The notes under the pieces were generated by a model, which saw only the letters and a list, made by a program, of their open reading frames with translations, searched no databases and was not told the DNA's origin. Of a DNA stretch of 64,000 nucleotides, positions 26,501 to 40,020 are shown piece after piece. A program made the position numbers and the translations under genes. The stretch comes from Catajapyx aquilonaris. Lineage: Eukaryota. How positions within the stretch are numbered: position 1 is the first letter of the stretch; the number at the start of each line of letters is the position of its first letter. The stretch is from NCBI GenBank assembly GCA_000934665.2, contig KZ538084.1:1-64000 (forward strand), read 5' to 3'.

Positions 26501-28648
26501 AGTAAAACCAGTCGGTTATTCGTGATTATTATTTGGAAAATATTCGGCACACTTTGCTACCCGTTTTTGTCTAGTGTCATTTGTTGCGTGCACATCAGCT
26601 TTGATTTCCTGATATACGTATTCACTCTAGGATAATACCCACTGATTTAAAATCGATGAATTTGCCTGTGATTAGAACATAATTGCAGCATAGGACCTGA
26701 ACTACAACAAGCATTATGCAGCTGCAATTATCTCGAGCTGGTCATAAAACAGCACTTTAATGGTGCTGCTGCAGAAACCGATTATTGCATCTCTCTATAT
26801 GGCGTTACTCGCAATTCTGAAGAGTTTCAGTTATTACTTTTGAAAGTTTCAATCATTCACTGAGTCATGCTGTATGCTTTAATTCGTGATTTCGCAGTTT
26901 CATGAGCACTTCGAACCCAAGTTCTGATTTGGCCAAACTGTATGCCACGTTGGCTGCTGGCAAAACAATAGCGCTTGATGAGGCAGTTACAACCTCCCCT
27001 GTTCATCACTGACTGACAATAACATGGCAGATAGTGATGAGGACCGTCAATATGCATATCTTTAGCTGGATATTGCACCAGTGGGCATATTTGCCTTGCA
27101 AGAATACTGTCGGATGCTATAGTTGCCATGGTCTCATTTCAAAATTATTCCTGCCAGCTTTTTGGCTTGATAGACAAGTCAGCCATTTGGTAGTCCAAGA
27201 GCCTATTTATACACTTAATATGTGGGGAAACCATGCCATGGTAGGAAATGCAATTAGCTAAGCAAAAGTGTAGGAAATACTTCTCTGTCGTGTTTCGGAC
27301 AGTTATACAATTTGATTCCCAAGTCGTTAATGCGTCAGTTGCGTTTATAATGTGACTAGGCCTACATGTATGGTAGTTACAGGCTGTTGTCGAAATCCAT
27401 TGGGAAATCAATTATTCATTGCACATTGACTGGCAGCAATTATGCAGTTAGTGTCAGAATAGGATTGGGTTTCTAATGGAGTTAGAACTATTCGGAACTA
27501 TACCACTAACGTGGCAATGGCCAATTGAATATCTGGAAAATTTACTGGAGCTCTTCACGAACTAGCCTGTATACTGCTACACACATAAATACTTTGTAAT
27601 CCGACCCGTCATGTATAATAGATAAAAGTCCAAACCGGGGTCAGTATAGCATGCTGCCACAATTCGACATATTCATGAACATGTAGCTTGCGTCCAAATT
27701 ACTGTGTTCCGCCTAACTGGAAACGTCGAAAACAAGCCCGAAGAAAATAATGCAGTGTTCTAATAAATCTGTTGCCGTTTCACTGCCGGTTCAGTCCCAA
27801 TCCACTCACTTTTTTTTCCCTCCACACTAGGCTAGCCTAGATTATCCTGCTTAACATAGATGCTTTGGCCAGCGTCGGATAAAAAGGCCCACGCTTAGCT
27901 TCCTGATTTGTGACCAGTTGTGTACACACGGAGCGTTCCCTTACTTGGACAGAGTGGCCTGGCTGGATAAGCCTGTCCCATTTGACCAAACACAAATTTG
28001 GGACTAAACACTACATTTTGGACACGTCAATCTTCGCAAAAGTTTTGATCAAAGTTGCCAGTAGGTAGTATAATATGTGCTGCTATTATTTATCAAGCTT
28101 TAGAGCGGACAATCCGGCTCAGTTCCGGTGCAAAGATTTGAATGGAACGACACAAAAACTGGATTGGTCCTCCAAGCCAGAGAGAACAAAAGAAAACGAG
28201 GAGTATCCAAGCTTCGGCAGCCACCCTCGACGCCACCCAATCCTGCTCAAAAGCCCCTTTTCTCCATGGGGACATTACCCAGCCACCATCGGCCATAAAT
28301 TTCCCTTGTTTCTGCCTCCATTGCTTGTCATTTCCTTCTAAGAGGGGACTTCCAGCCGTGGCCTCTGGCGTCGCTGCCAAACACATCCATGAATCTAAGC
28401 TAAATCTTTTCTTCTTTCCACTTTTGTTCGCTGTAACTAGGTTTGGAAGGTAGCGTTGCTTAGTATGCCATAAAATATTAATCAATCTCGTCGGGGATTT
28501 TTCAGCTGTGTTGGGGAATTGCGATGACTTTTTTTTGTGTAGCGAGCTGCCTGGTGCTGTTGTTTTTGCAACGAGTACCAAACAAATGTCTACGTTTTGT
28601 GACCAAGGACTAGTAAAACTTACTCTTATAGAACATACTATAAGTCCT

Positions 28649-28726
28649 TGGTCCATCAGGCAAACGAATGTCACTAATCTCAAATAGTTGAGTAACTTTA
28701 GTGACATTCGTTCGCCTGATGCACCA
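28649..28726. repeat. 78-nt hairpin with 29-bp arms
   Basis: tggtccatcaggcaaacgaatgtcactaa / ttagtgacattcgttcgcctgatgcacca, two mismatches. Confidence 0.8.
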
Positions 28727-29239
28727 GCGTAGTCTGAATATATGGGGTGCTATCCTAGTGGACGATGAATGGATGACGAATCTAAATGTATAGGCCCATT
28801 AAGACAAGAATGAAAGTGCCTTTTGTAAACACAGCTTTAGTTCATGAAAGGTTAGCACTACGTTGCCACAGATCTCATTCGGACGTTTGATTGGGTGTGT
28901 GTTTGTATGTGTGCTTGCAATCTGACTGGGATCAAGTTACACCCTGGTTCGAAACGAATTAGTGTTTCTCTATATACTTGTACAGTCATGTCTGGAAGTA
29001 GCTACATGATCCGAATTACTGTTGGTATTTATGTGCTTGTACAACTGTTGTGGTTTTATCTTTACACTAAATTTGTGCAATGAATATATTAGTGTTCTTT
29101 CAATCCAATTTAAACGCACTAACAAACAGTATTATTGTATTGAGCGAGATATAGAACGTAAATTTTGCATTTTATTCACACAATATGTGAATGCATATGC
29201 AGAATCTGAGAGGTAAACGTCGCATATACATTTTTATAC

Positions 29240-29538
29240 CGAAGCAGTGGTGGCGGAGAGGATATGGTATCCGACTGCTAATCGGGAGGTCCTGGGTTCG
29301 AATCCCGTTGCCGGCAACTCTAACCGTGATTTTCTGTGGTTTCCCACGGTTCCTCCAGGAGAATTCCGGAGTTGTTTCCTAAACGAATAGGCCACAGCCG
29401 CCTCCTTCCTTTCCTATCATATCCCAAAAATCGCAGTAAAAACGAAACGAAGAGTTCCAGTCAAAACAAAAAAAATCCCCCTAAAGAGCCGCCGCGCCGG
29501 CTGATAACGGGGTATGAATTATTATTATTAATAATTAT
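29240..29538 (+). mobile_element. tRNA-derived SINE with Deu/Nin-like domain (family S3)
   Basis: A box TGGCGGAGAGG, stem-loop tccga-ctgctaa-tcggg, B box GGTTCGAATCC, ttttctgtggtttccc...taggccacagccgcctccttcc domain, (TTA)n tail, 15-bp TSD tatacatttttatac (29225-29239, 29539-29553). Domain label is from recall. Confidence 0.9.
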
Positions 29539-32500
29539 TATACATTTTTATACATCGCCCAATTAGTACTTTTTGGGGACTATTATGGTACCTACTATGT
29601 TGCTACAAATACGTCGGTTTTAACTTTCAAGACCAGTTCACAGCTGTACGTAGCTGTTGCTGTACAATAACTTATTTAGGCTTAACTCATGTTGTTTGCT
29701 CAGCTTTGATTACCAATATATTTTTAACGTGATTGGGTGTTGCTAAGTGGTTGTAATTTTTGCCGCACTTTATTATTTTCTCTTTGTTAATTCACACTCT
29801 TCAATTAATTATGGAAACATTGGCGCTAAATGGCTTGAACGCATTGCACAAGGGTATCCAACTCGATCAGACTATAACACTCATGTAGCCAATAATTAAT
29901 TCAAATAAAGCCAGTTTTACTAAACGCGGATTATTGTCCGTGTAAAAAGCCCACCTGTTTCCAACAAATGGAAAGTTTTTAATAACAGCCGGAAAATTAC
30001 AGTTCAACCGTTGCTCACGTGGTTGTGTGCAAGTCATTTTCACCAGCAACACGCAGCTCCAACCAACCGCACTTTTATTAGCAAATACCCCATGATAATA
30101 AATACCACACAATTTTGTCCACTAGTGACACTAGCGTCACTAAAGATGGCGCTGGAAAACCCACGCACGTTTTTCCCATCCAAAAAATCTCTGTCTGGGT
30201 GAGGAATCCGACGGCTCACGTGCGAGCGCTTCATTAAAACATTAACGGATCCTCGCTGGCTAATTACGTCCAGCATGTTAGACCTTATCCCCCACTAACC
30301 TGGATTAGTCAAAGTTGGGGGGATGCGAAGAGGGAGGGGGGGAGGGGGGAGAGGGAAATTCTGGTCGCGGGTAAATTGGTCGTTTCCGCTCCTCTGGATC
30401 TTTTTCGGCTCCGGATGGCGTGGAGGGAAACCCTGCGGGTACATCCCTCTCTAGGGCCAAGAACCAACCAGTGTTTGCTCCCTTGCACACAATCAACAAC
30501 TGAGTTGAATAGAGAAAAGGGGTCGCGCATTGTTGCTCAACAATTCAGGCTATTCTTCAGGCTTAAAAATATTTAGCTGAACCAATCAAATATTTGGTTG
30601 AATTCACCAAATAAATATTTGGTTGGTGGAACCCAGCATTGTGCTGAGACAACACAAAACTATTTCTGGTTTTTTAATGGAATTATTTGGACGTCGTCTG
30701 GGCCCAAATGAAGGAAAAGTTTGAGACAAAAAAAAATGGAGTATCAAGTCATCTAGGCTGCACACACGTAATTTACTGCACGTGTCCTTCAAAGAAGCAA
30801 ATTAGCAGGCCTTCCCCCCTCATCTCCGAAGAGAGAGTGTCTTTCTGCATGGTGCAGGAAATGAGAATAATGAGTGGAGCTAGCAGCCAACGCTTCAATT
30901 GTATTCATTATAAACTCAGGCTTTTCTGGAATAATTAAACAGGCACTGGAGATGAAAGAAAAAAATAATAATGTCGCACAACCAACTGCATTAAACAATT
31001 ACTTGGGAGTCTTCGTATTTGTTATTATTTCTCAATAATGACGATGCGGCAGGTGCTTCACTTATTCTGGAATTGAATTGACACAAATTTAAGTTATGAA
31101 ATTTTATGCATTAATTTTTAATTCTTAATGACACAATGAGTCACAAAAAACTGCTTTCTTATGTATGCTACTATGCTTACAGCTCTGATGTGATTAGAAT
31201 AACTGATTACTTTAAATTACAAAACCTCTGATTATAAATACTAAAAACTTGTGTTTTTTTACTCCAATTACACTTTTTGATTTGACTCTTTTGTATATTT
31301 TCCATCCCCTGCATTGGTGCAGCATAACCTCCCTCGCGTTTGGTCCATTGAGTGCAAATCAATAACCAATCATGGGTGATAGAGGATGTCCGTGAAGGGA
31401 CCTCAGTTGAAGGAGACTGCTAGCCTATCATATATGCCACAATAACCTTGCATTTCTTACAGGATGAATCATACACTCTATCTAATTTGTGTCTATTTGC
31501 CAATATTTTAGGAGCAGAAAGAGGCTCTTGTTTTACCTTCTTGCCATATCGGGGTCTTAAAGATGGGACCAGACTACTAACAAGCGACTATGGTCACTCA
31601 CAGATGAGGTAAATCAACTGGTCGTGTTCCTTTGGAACCCCCCTAAAAGAGGCGTAACATGATGTAATGTTGGAATGTCCGCAATGTGGTAACCCAGCCA
31701 CATTCTCTTACGACACGTTCAAGCGACAATTTTTCTTTCGGAACTAAAAAACCGCTCCCAAAAACTTTCCCAGCCAGTTTTTAGCTCCTGATTTACGCAC
31801 CATGTGAGTTTGATGCAAATCCGCAAGTGGTCGCTTCTGGTCTCCGTTAGTCCTTGTGTTTCCCCCCGACAGGATATATGTTTTGTGGCGGTTTCCGTGG
31901 TCATTGGCAATATACAACAGCTAATTGACAGCGGACTAGATAATCAGCAGGCGGAAGCTGGCCTGATTTATTAGGATGGGGAGAGAGGGCCTACCTAGTT
32001 GTCTTTGGTGTCTCTTTCTCAATGGAAATTCATCACCCTCCTTTTTCACCCTCCACTGACCGATTACTGCATCGTAATTCATGCTTGTTCTTACTGGGAG
32101 GTGGAGAAGAGGCTGGGCTTCCGCTTGTGCTGCTGTACTTAACCAGAAATTAGCAACCTGGACACAAACCGGTCTTTTGTTCTCCATCACGTCCATAAGA
32201 AGACGTAATAAACATATCTCACAAAAAAATATGGAGACCTCCCCCGGACCCAATCATAAACTGGTTAGGGGGCCTCTTTTCGCCGTACCAAGATGTCTGC
32301 CGGCTCTTGATATACATACCGCCTGCGGTACATGGTCTTGCACCATTGCATAACTTGCCAAAAAATTACAAGAGGTAGAAGTCGAGATAATGCAGCGATA
32401 TATTACACACTGTGATTATTATATAGGAGCTGTTCATATATTTTAGTCGAGATATTAATCAACTTTCAGCAATAAATCAGCATGATGTGATAACGCGTGA

Positions 32501-32550
32501 CCTAGAGTTTTTCACTTCGGTGAGGTGCTCATTGGTGCTTCCAAGCATAG

Positions 32551-32632
32551 TAGACTAGCCTCGTCTCCGGCTGTCTCACGACTAACTTCTACCCACCTGC
32601 ATCCTGTCATCTCTTGGCAAAACGTCCAACTC
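32551..32632 (-). repeat. Dispersed repeat end, same family as 10031-10082 and 60120-60215
   Basis: Minus strand gagttggacgttttgccaagagatgacaggatgcaggtggg...gaggctagtcta aligns to 60120-60207. Confidence 0.6.
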
Positions 32633-32662
32633 CCAACTAACTCCATCTACGGTATCCTGCGG

Positions 32663-32936
32663 CTTTATCAGTGGGGCTTAACGTCGGCATAATTCTGCCT
32701 AAAGGCTCAACATCGACGCCAGGGGGTGGTCCTCCTCCTGGAAATGGTCACTCTGGGGATCTTTAACGTGCACTCGCGCAATGTCACAAGCACACGGGAC
32801 CGACGGCTTTACTTCCCCTCTGAAGGAAAGCGCACTCTCACTTTTCTACCACCCGGAGAAAAGTCACCGACCTCGGCCGGGTTCGAACCCACAACTTTGG
32901 CACCAGAGGCGAGCGCGCTAACCACCAGTCCACCGG
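32663..32936 (-). mobile_element. SINE family S2, second copy
   Basis: Reverse complement is highly similar to 1471-1748 along its full length. Confidence 0.92.
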
Positions 32937-34070
32937 TCATTTGGATGCTGGCTTTTAGTTTCTGATTAAATTGGCCCACAAAATGTCCGGCAGCCAAATG
33001 TCCGGCAGCCAAAAGTCGTAGATTCCCATCTACTGGATTGCGCCTCTCCATTTCAAATCGGTTTGTAAGCCTGTTCAGTACCGTGTCTCACGTCAGTAGG
33101 CACTACGTAATTTGGCTCTATCCTTCGCACGTTGTCACCTGAAAAGACGCACGCACACCCATCCCTTTGTCCTTTACCCCCAGTGTTTTTGGTTGCTCTG
33201 CAATCGGGAGGGCAGAACCGGGTTGCAGGTGATAGTTAGGCTGCGAACTTGGCGTAAATGGCTTGTCATTGATCTTCTCGGTGTGCAGCAAGCAGCCTGA
33301 GAGCCAGTGAGAGAAGCCGCGGAGGCTAAGGAAAAGGGGAGAGATCGATAAGAAAATCAGGGACGCCAGAGAAGGAAAAAGGCCACTTGGAAGCAAACCA
33401 CTCCCCGCCTTACCCCACCTTCCCTCCCCATTTCCAACCCTTCTATGCCACCTTCCATATAATCCGTCGCTCATCCGCTGCCCAAATCCGCGCCGGCTCA
33501 ACAGATTACCGCCCGAATTTAATCAGCTCCTACATAACTATTGGGTATTGGCTTCTCATGCCGTACCCTATTCGTTACCACCTTCGACACTACCATGCTA
33601 CTGTCATCATGAGTTTCGGAAGTATCGTTATAAATAAGTTTGGAGAAAAAAAGTTTGGCCATTAAGAGGATTGGAAAGGTATTGAAGGACCTTTTTGGCT
33701 GGGGTATGATCATGTCGTCTAGGAACAGGGCCAAGTTTTGGAAATTGGGAATAGGGAACCTTGTGGAGTACTGCTGATTGCCATTTTTAATACAAGGTGT
33801 TTCATGTGTCACACCACCCGTAGAGTCGCTCAGAGAAAGGGTTTTGCCGATTGGTTTGAACATTTTCATATAACGTACATTATTCATTCAATATTATGCA
33901 ATCCCTTGGATTATACTTCTGATATCCCCACCTCACTGTATGTTGTAAGTTACGTGTTTATCATTTTTAATATTGTTTACCTTCGGAATACAAGGTAAAA
34001 ACGTCAATAGTTGGCACTCCTACCCCAGCCTTATGCGACCCCCGTGAGCTGACTTGCTGACTTTTCCATA

Positions 34071-34238
34071 CACTGTAAACCGCAAAACATTAAAAGAGCA
34101 TCACTGGTGAGTCTCTCATGGAACATAATTTTTAATGCTCTTCTAATGCTCTTATGATGCTCTTGTGATGCTTTTTGTTGCTAAAATGCATCACAAGAGC
34201 ATGTGTGATGCTCTTTTAATGTTTTGCGGTTTACAGTG
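34071..34238. mobile_element. CACTG-terminated MITE (CACTA/CMC-like)
   Basis: TA|cactgtaaaccgcaaaacattaaaagagcatcac ... gtgatgctcttttaatgttttgcggtttacagtg|TA; internal atgctctt repeats. Confidence 0.88.
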
Positions 34239-36780
34239 TACTGGTGAAAGCTGATAAGGGCACGCGATAAGAGGGGAAGTGACCAGAGACCCTACTGTAT
34301 ACACTATCACCCCTCACTATCACAAATCCTGGCTCTATACAACCATCAGAACTCTATCAAGGTAAATAATTTCTTTCGTGTTCCTAGCGTGCCCATATGT
34401 GTGTCCAAAACTTTTCTGGACATTTAGTACTCCTCCAGGCTGAACCAGAGGCAGCCTTTCCACTTGGCCTCTTCTGGTTGTCACATGCAGTGCATTCGTG
34501 TTTGTTTACACAGTGATGAGTCGGGGGTGTTAAAAGGAAGTGTGTTTCAGAAACAATCACATAATTAGACAAATTATTACATTCCGTGTAGTGGTTTTTA
34601 GGAGGGGTGGACGTCACAAAAGGAGGTTAAGCCTGGGGAACTAGAAGCGGTATTACAGCCCAAGCGCTTTAGTCACGATTCTGACGCTCTGTGGCCAAAG
34701 GGCCCAATAACGTTCGCTGATCATGCTCATGCCAGGTTATTAATTATTCCGTTTAATGCTCCATAAAAAGTTCTACTGATTTAATTTCCATGCACTGCAT
34801 TCGGAGAACCCTTATCGCTTTAAAATTTACAGCCATCTGTATATACACGGTAGCGATACTTTACTCTCGAGTGCTTCCAAAATCATTTGTCAGGATACAA
34901 AAACAGGGCTCAGACCCTGAAGGAAACTTTGCCAAACTCAGAACCTCTGACAGCTTATTGCAGGTACATTTATTGAAGCATAGTTTGTAAAGGGTGTGCC
35001 ATAATGTCCACAAACTAATTTTCAAGAAGTGCACCTTCCGTGCCCCAATTTGCCCGATTATCACCCGTTGAGAAATCGATGCCTTTTCTTTTCATTTTTT
35101 TCCTAGTTTTTTTTTCGTAAAATGAGCTGAAGTGAGATTCATTTCATTTCACCTTCTTTTGCCTGCCCATTCTGAAATCAAAGGACCCCCCTTTTACCAC
35201 CCCCTGTTTTTCACCACCCACCTTCTTCCTCTGGGTTAGGAAATGGTGCAAGGATCTTTGGGGGAAAAAATGGTGTTTTCGCCCGCGGGTTGCGTCTCAG
35301 CTGACGGCGGCAGCGCCAGCTTGCATGCAAGAGCTGAGCTGCCTCCTAGTGACGTCCTATATATCCCCCCCCCCCCNCCCCCCAACCCTTCTCTATCCTC
35401 TACCATATCGTAGTTTTTTTTATACTTCTAGCTGCCAAGTTACTCGGCGACTGAAACACTGAAATGGCTTTTGGTAGGGAGTCCACTCAACTCGCTTGGC
35501 GAAAAGAGTCGCCAAAAGCTGAACTATAAAATGTTAGTGAAGGGCGGGGTGGGTGGGTTGTAATTTTTTATTTGGAGGAGGAGGAGAAAAGGTGGGCCTA
35601 AAAGAAATAGCGAGCGCAAATCAAGTTACATGGCCTTATCAAATTACAAGGTTGTCATCTGATATAATTTTGCTGCTTGGGAGACACTACGGGGCATTAC
35701 AGTAGGCATAAGATTGGTTGGTTTTGCATGGTATTTGATGACTTGATATGTGGTGTAAGTTATAATGACCCTTAGGGCGTGATTGCTATCGCTAGGGAGA
35801 ATCAGCTATAGGAAGGACAATGAATAAACATAACGTCATTAGTGACCATAGGCCGATAATTAACTGGAATTTGATACGAGTAGAATGTTAATAACTTACC
35901 GTTTACATTTACAATTTTGATGCCCATAATTACTCCATTTTTCCTGATATTAGACTGTGCAGTGCATACTTGTCGTGAGTGAGGCGTGACTGCGTTACTA
36001 ATTATACTGAATTCAATTTCACGTTGTGAATTACTATAAGCCAGTGGTTCACAGTGGTTACACATATTACTGGTCACACCTTTTTTATTGAGTACTCCCA
36101 TATCAGTGACCATCAAGAATTCTGTAAAATTCCAACAATACTGGACTCAGTCCAGAAACACTGCCAATAACCTCGAAACCAACCAACACGGAACCCATTG
36201 TACAAATGCAGAGTTATGTCCTTTGACCTTAGTGCCCGCCTTAAAATGTGCCATGTCCTACACGATCTAATAAGAAACTCCAGAAAAAAAAAGAAACTCG
36301 CCTGAGCCAGGTTGGAGCTCAGGAATGTATAGCCCCAAAAACGGGTCCTTTTTCTGGTATATTTTTTGAGACTCATACAAACTTATATATCCGACGCTGA
36401 TTTCATCCAGCATAGCGAAATGGAAGTAGAAAGAAATAAGAAAAAAAAGGTGAGAAAAAATGTTCACATGCTCCTCGAATTCGTCATAGTAGGTGGCGAG
36501 TAAATGATGAATGATGGTCGCGCACCCCTTTTCATAGTTTCGTTGGAAGGCCCACCAGCCGGCTAGTTGGCTCGTATCTGTTAAGGCCCCCCGCTCGCAG
36601 AGCACAGTAAATTAACTTTCTTTGGACACTTTTATTAGGCATTGCCACAATGAATGCTACGAAATGAGATCTCATGCTTTATTACGCCGGAAACGATCAA
36701 TTTCGGAAGGGAACATTCAGTAGTGGGGAAAAGATGGTTCACAAGTTTTCTAGATCCCATAAAAATGGCTGGGTCGTATT

Positions 36781-36782
<2 letters not shown>

Positions 36783-36838
<56 letters not shown>
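36783..36838. repeat. (AAT)n microsatellite
   Basis: About 18 perfect AAT units. Confidence 0.98.
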
Positions 36839-36840
<2 letters not shown>

Positions 36841-36951
36841 GCCATTTTTCACCTCGGAAGTACCGAGTTCGATTCTTGGATCGGACATGAATGATGGGTT
36901 CGCTCCATGATCACGTGGGTTTTCTCAGGTTTCCTCCTACAAAATCCATCA
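36838..36951 (+). mobile_element. Degenerate 5'-truncated copy of V-domain-like SINE (family S4)
   Basis: acagcc...cacctc...gagttcgattc...cgtgggttttctcaggtttcctcc...aaaatccatca aligns to 58990-59132. Confidence 0.7.
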
Positions 36952-39819
36952 GCGAAGCAGGATTTGAACAAAGGCTGAAATTTAAAAAGGAGGATTCCTA
37001 CAGTACCCACATCCTAACTTCTCAAGAAAATAGGCATGTCCTAAGTATTGCGACTTCAGTACAGTAGGATCTCAAAATAGCATTTCTTTTGTACTGCACA
37101 GTACCCACTGATCTGATTGGTGGAGAAGAGCCCCCACCCCCCCACCTCTGCTCCACAAATCAGATCGCTTAGGGCGTATGGTGTGGAGTGGAGAGGGGGA
37201 GGTCGCCTAATCCCTACATACATGTCATTGTGTAACCAACAACAACAAGGAAGGCACGTGTGTCTTTTTGAAGGGGCTTAGTGATACTGTTGTGAGATGA
37301 TTCCATTGCTGTAGGAGATGACACAGGAGAAGCATCGTTTTGAGTCCATCTGCATTCCCACTTCTATCAGCCTAGAGGTTTGCACTTGACTGCTTTTGCT
37401 TTAGAAGGTTCCGGAATATTCTGTGGAGAAAACCTGTGATGTTCAAGATTCCCTTGATTCTGGTGTAATTACTACTCGGCTTTCAGACGGTATATATTGA
37501 GATTAGTGCGGGAAATAAGGAAGTGAAATTGACTTGGCTGTAAAAGTGTATATACGGTTGGGCTGGACGAGTTCAACGAACTTCATCTTAAGAGATATTG
37601 GGCTATGTCTGGCACTAATACGGTACAATAAACCTGCGAAATGCTGAGATACCCGGGTTTAGCCGGATATTCGGAGGATTTTTTGATCTGGCAACCTTGG
37701 GGATAAGAGTGTGGGAGAAACAGAAGGAAGTGAGGCTTGAAAAGGTTTAGTGTGTGTTTGCATTCTGGCCATCCACCCAAGGCTGCTGTGTTTACGCCTG
37801 AGCCAGACCAGAGCAATTGCCCAGGGGTTAATGTGGATGGACTCATTTTTAGACTGGCGGGAGAAAAATATTGGACATGAGGCAAAAAAAAAACAAAATT
37901 AAAGCATGTCAACAAAGATGAAGTGATGGGAATAATAATTGTGATGTATAATTATTATGTACAGTTGTATTTTTCTTTCAAATTTCATTTCATTACTGAC
38001 ACTGAAATTTTGATAAAATGAAAATAGTCGTGGACAGCTCCGATTCAAGTGAAAGGATGGTTTTTGTTACACATTGTAATTAGTGATAATCTATATTAAG
38101 AATCTCTGTCGGAAGCCACAATTTTGTATTATTTGAAGCCGAATTTATTGCGATGAAGCGAACTTTCTCACAGGTGTGAATGGTGTGATGAACACAATTT
38201 GGACGCACATTTGTGAATAAACGTACCTAAATTGGGTCAAAATCACAAAACAGCAAGTGTGTCCGCTTATGAAGTTGTCCAATTGATTCCATTTATTACC
38301 TGTTTTATGCCCATTTTACTGTTCATTCTTTATTATCTGAAAATAGCAATACAGTAGTACGTTATACAGTGCGTTTCATATTGAATTCTCATTCATATTG
38401 GTGGAACTGTCTGGTTCTCCTGCGTCATGGTATGACACCTATGCCCACTCTTGTTCAGTAGTCTTCCTCAGTTAAGGCACCATATATTTATGAGCGTTGT
38501 AGCCTACACGGGTACAGATTGAAACAACATTTATTGCCTAACCGCAAACTCCCTCACCCAAACTGAAAGATGTGCTATTACCACGTCGTAACATGTAACT
38601 AGAAGAAGGGCGTTGCTTTTGTCGCCTGAGTAGTCTAAAACCCCTACCTCCCCTGGTCTAAATTATCTACTCGGCGTGGGTCATGTCCGCGTCTGTGACA
38701 GCGGTCGACTGAGCACGAGCCTTGTTCACGGCTAGTTACTGGCCCTCGGAAAGGCTGCACAGGGCTAGTCCTATCCTACACCCCCCTGTTTATCATGCTG
38801 TACACGTAATCTCTATCAAATCTCAGTTTATGCTCTCTTTTTTCCCCAGAAACGATGCTGCGCCATTTTGTGTCCATTGCTTCTGCGCCGATGAGGGTAA
38901 GGATTATTCCACGCTTATCAATTTTTATGAGGTGTCTAATTCTGCCCCTTTTAATTGCTGACATCAACAAAAATGTATCCGTTACTCTGTGTGCCTACAA
39001 GGCTATAACTGCCTGTACCTATACCCCTTATCTCTCACGTGCTTATGTACAGTAGCACTAAGACGCAGTGAGCCACCGCTAATTAAAGTTCGCGGTATCA
39101 TTAACACTAAAAGGGACTATGGCTGACGCCAGTATATTTTAAACCAGGCCCGATTAGCCTGGTGTTCCTGCATGGATGTGTGGGCCCTGTGAGAGAAGCA
39201 GGGAGATTAAAACCAAGTGGGGGGAGTGGAACGTTCAGTCACTGAAAATTATGAGCTGTCCGGTGACAATGATTTTCACAAATTTGAGCCCCAGTCGGAA
39301 ATTCGTGTTATCATCGGGTCTGTAGTTCTGGCCGATATGGCCGCATGCTGTCTGCAGCCTGGGATTCCCAACACTACGGAGCAATAAAACGCTGTTGAAA
39401 ATCCATGTAGTAGCCAAGGGAAAAATGCTCCGGACCACCAAAGGAAATCAGAGCAATCTTTTTTTCCCCCTTCTTCTTCTTCGTCGTCGTCTTCTTTTTT
39501 TTTGGTGTTCCCCCCACCCCACTGCTTCTGGTGGGTCGAGTCGCAAACCTTCTTGACCGCCGTCCAGATTGTGGGCTTTCACTTGTAAGCCTCCAAATGC
39601 TGGCCAGGGAAGAGAACCCCCAAATGGGTTCGGGGAATTTCTGGTGTGCCATATGTGATTTGCCTCTAGGGTGAGTAAGAGAGTGTGTATGATGAGGCCA
39701 GTGCAAGCCTGTTGAATATATTTGAACCACTTGTGCGTTATAGTGTTATAGTTTAGCAACTATATTTTAGTTTTAGCTGAAAAAGTTGCCAGGTAACTCT
39801 TGAATTGCCTGCCGTAGAA

Positions 39820-39950
39820 TTCTTATTTTGTAGTCTACTACTATATGGTTGCATTGAATTTAAACTACTTGTGACCATCTACAGTGTAGATTCTACACTG
39901 TAGATGGTCACAAAGTAGTTTAAATTCAATGCAGCCCTACAAAATAAGAA
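39820..39950. repeat. Long foldback palindrome
   Basis: ~41-bp inner arms (39850-39933) with a 1-nt loop, plus outer arms ttcttattttgtag / ctacaaaataagaa. Confidence 0.9.
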
Positions 39951-39977
39951 ACAGAAGTTGATATCCATCCATCAGCT

Positions 39978-40020
39978 TTAACCCATTTGTTCCCAGAGTC
40001 CTATATTATATAGGACGATT
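39978..40020 (+). mobile_element. Possible piggyBac-type left end (TTAA|CCC), partner end not found
   Basis: ttaacccatttgttccc followed by small hairpin gtcctatattatataggac; no matching right TIR seen. Confidence 0.3.

Noticed and set aside
28093..28707. Longest ORF (204 aa, minus strand)
   Set aside because: No recognisable domain or splice support; overlaps a hairpin and a run-rich island.
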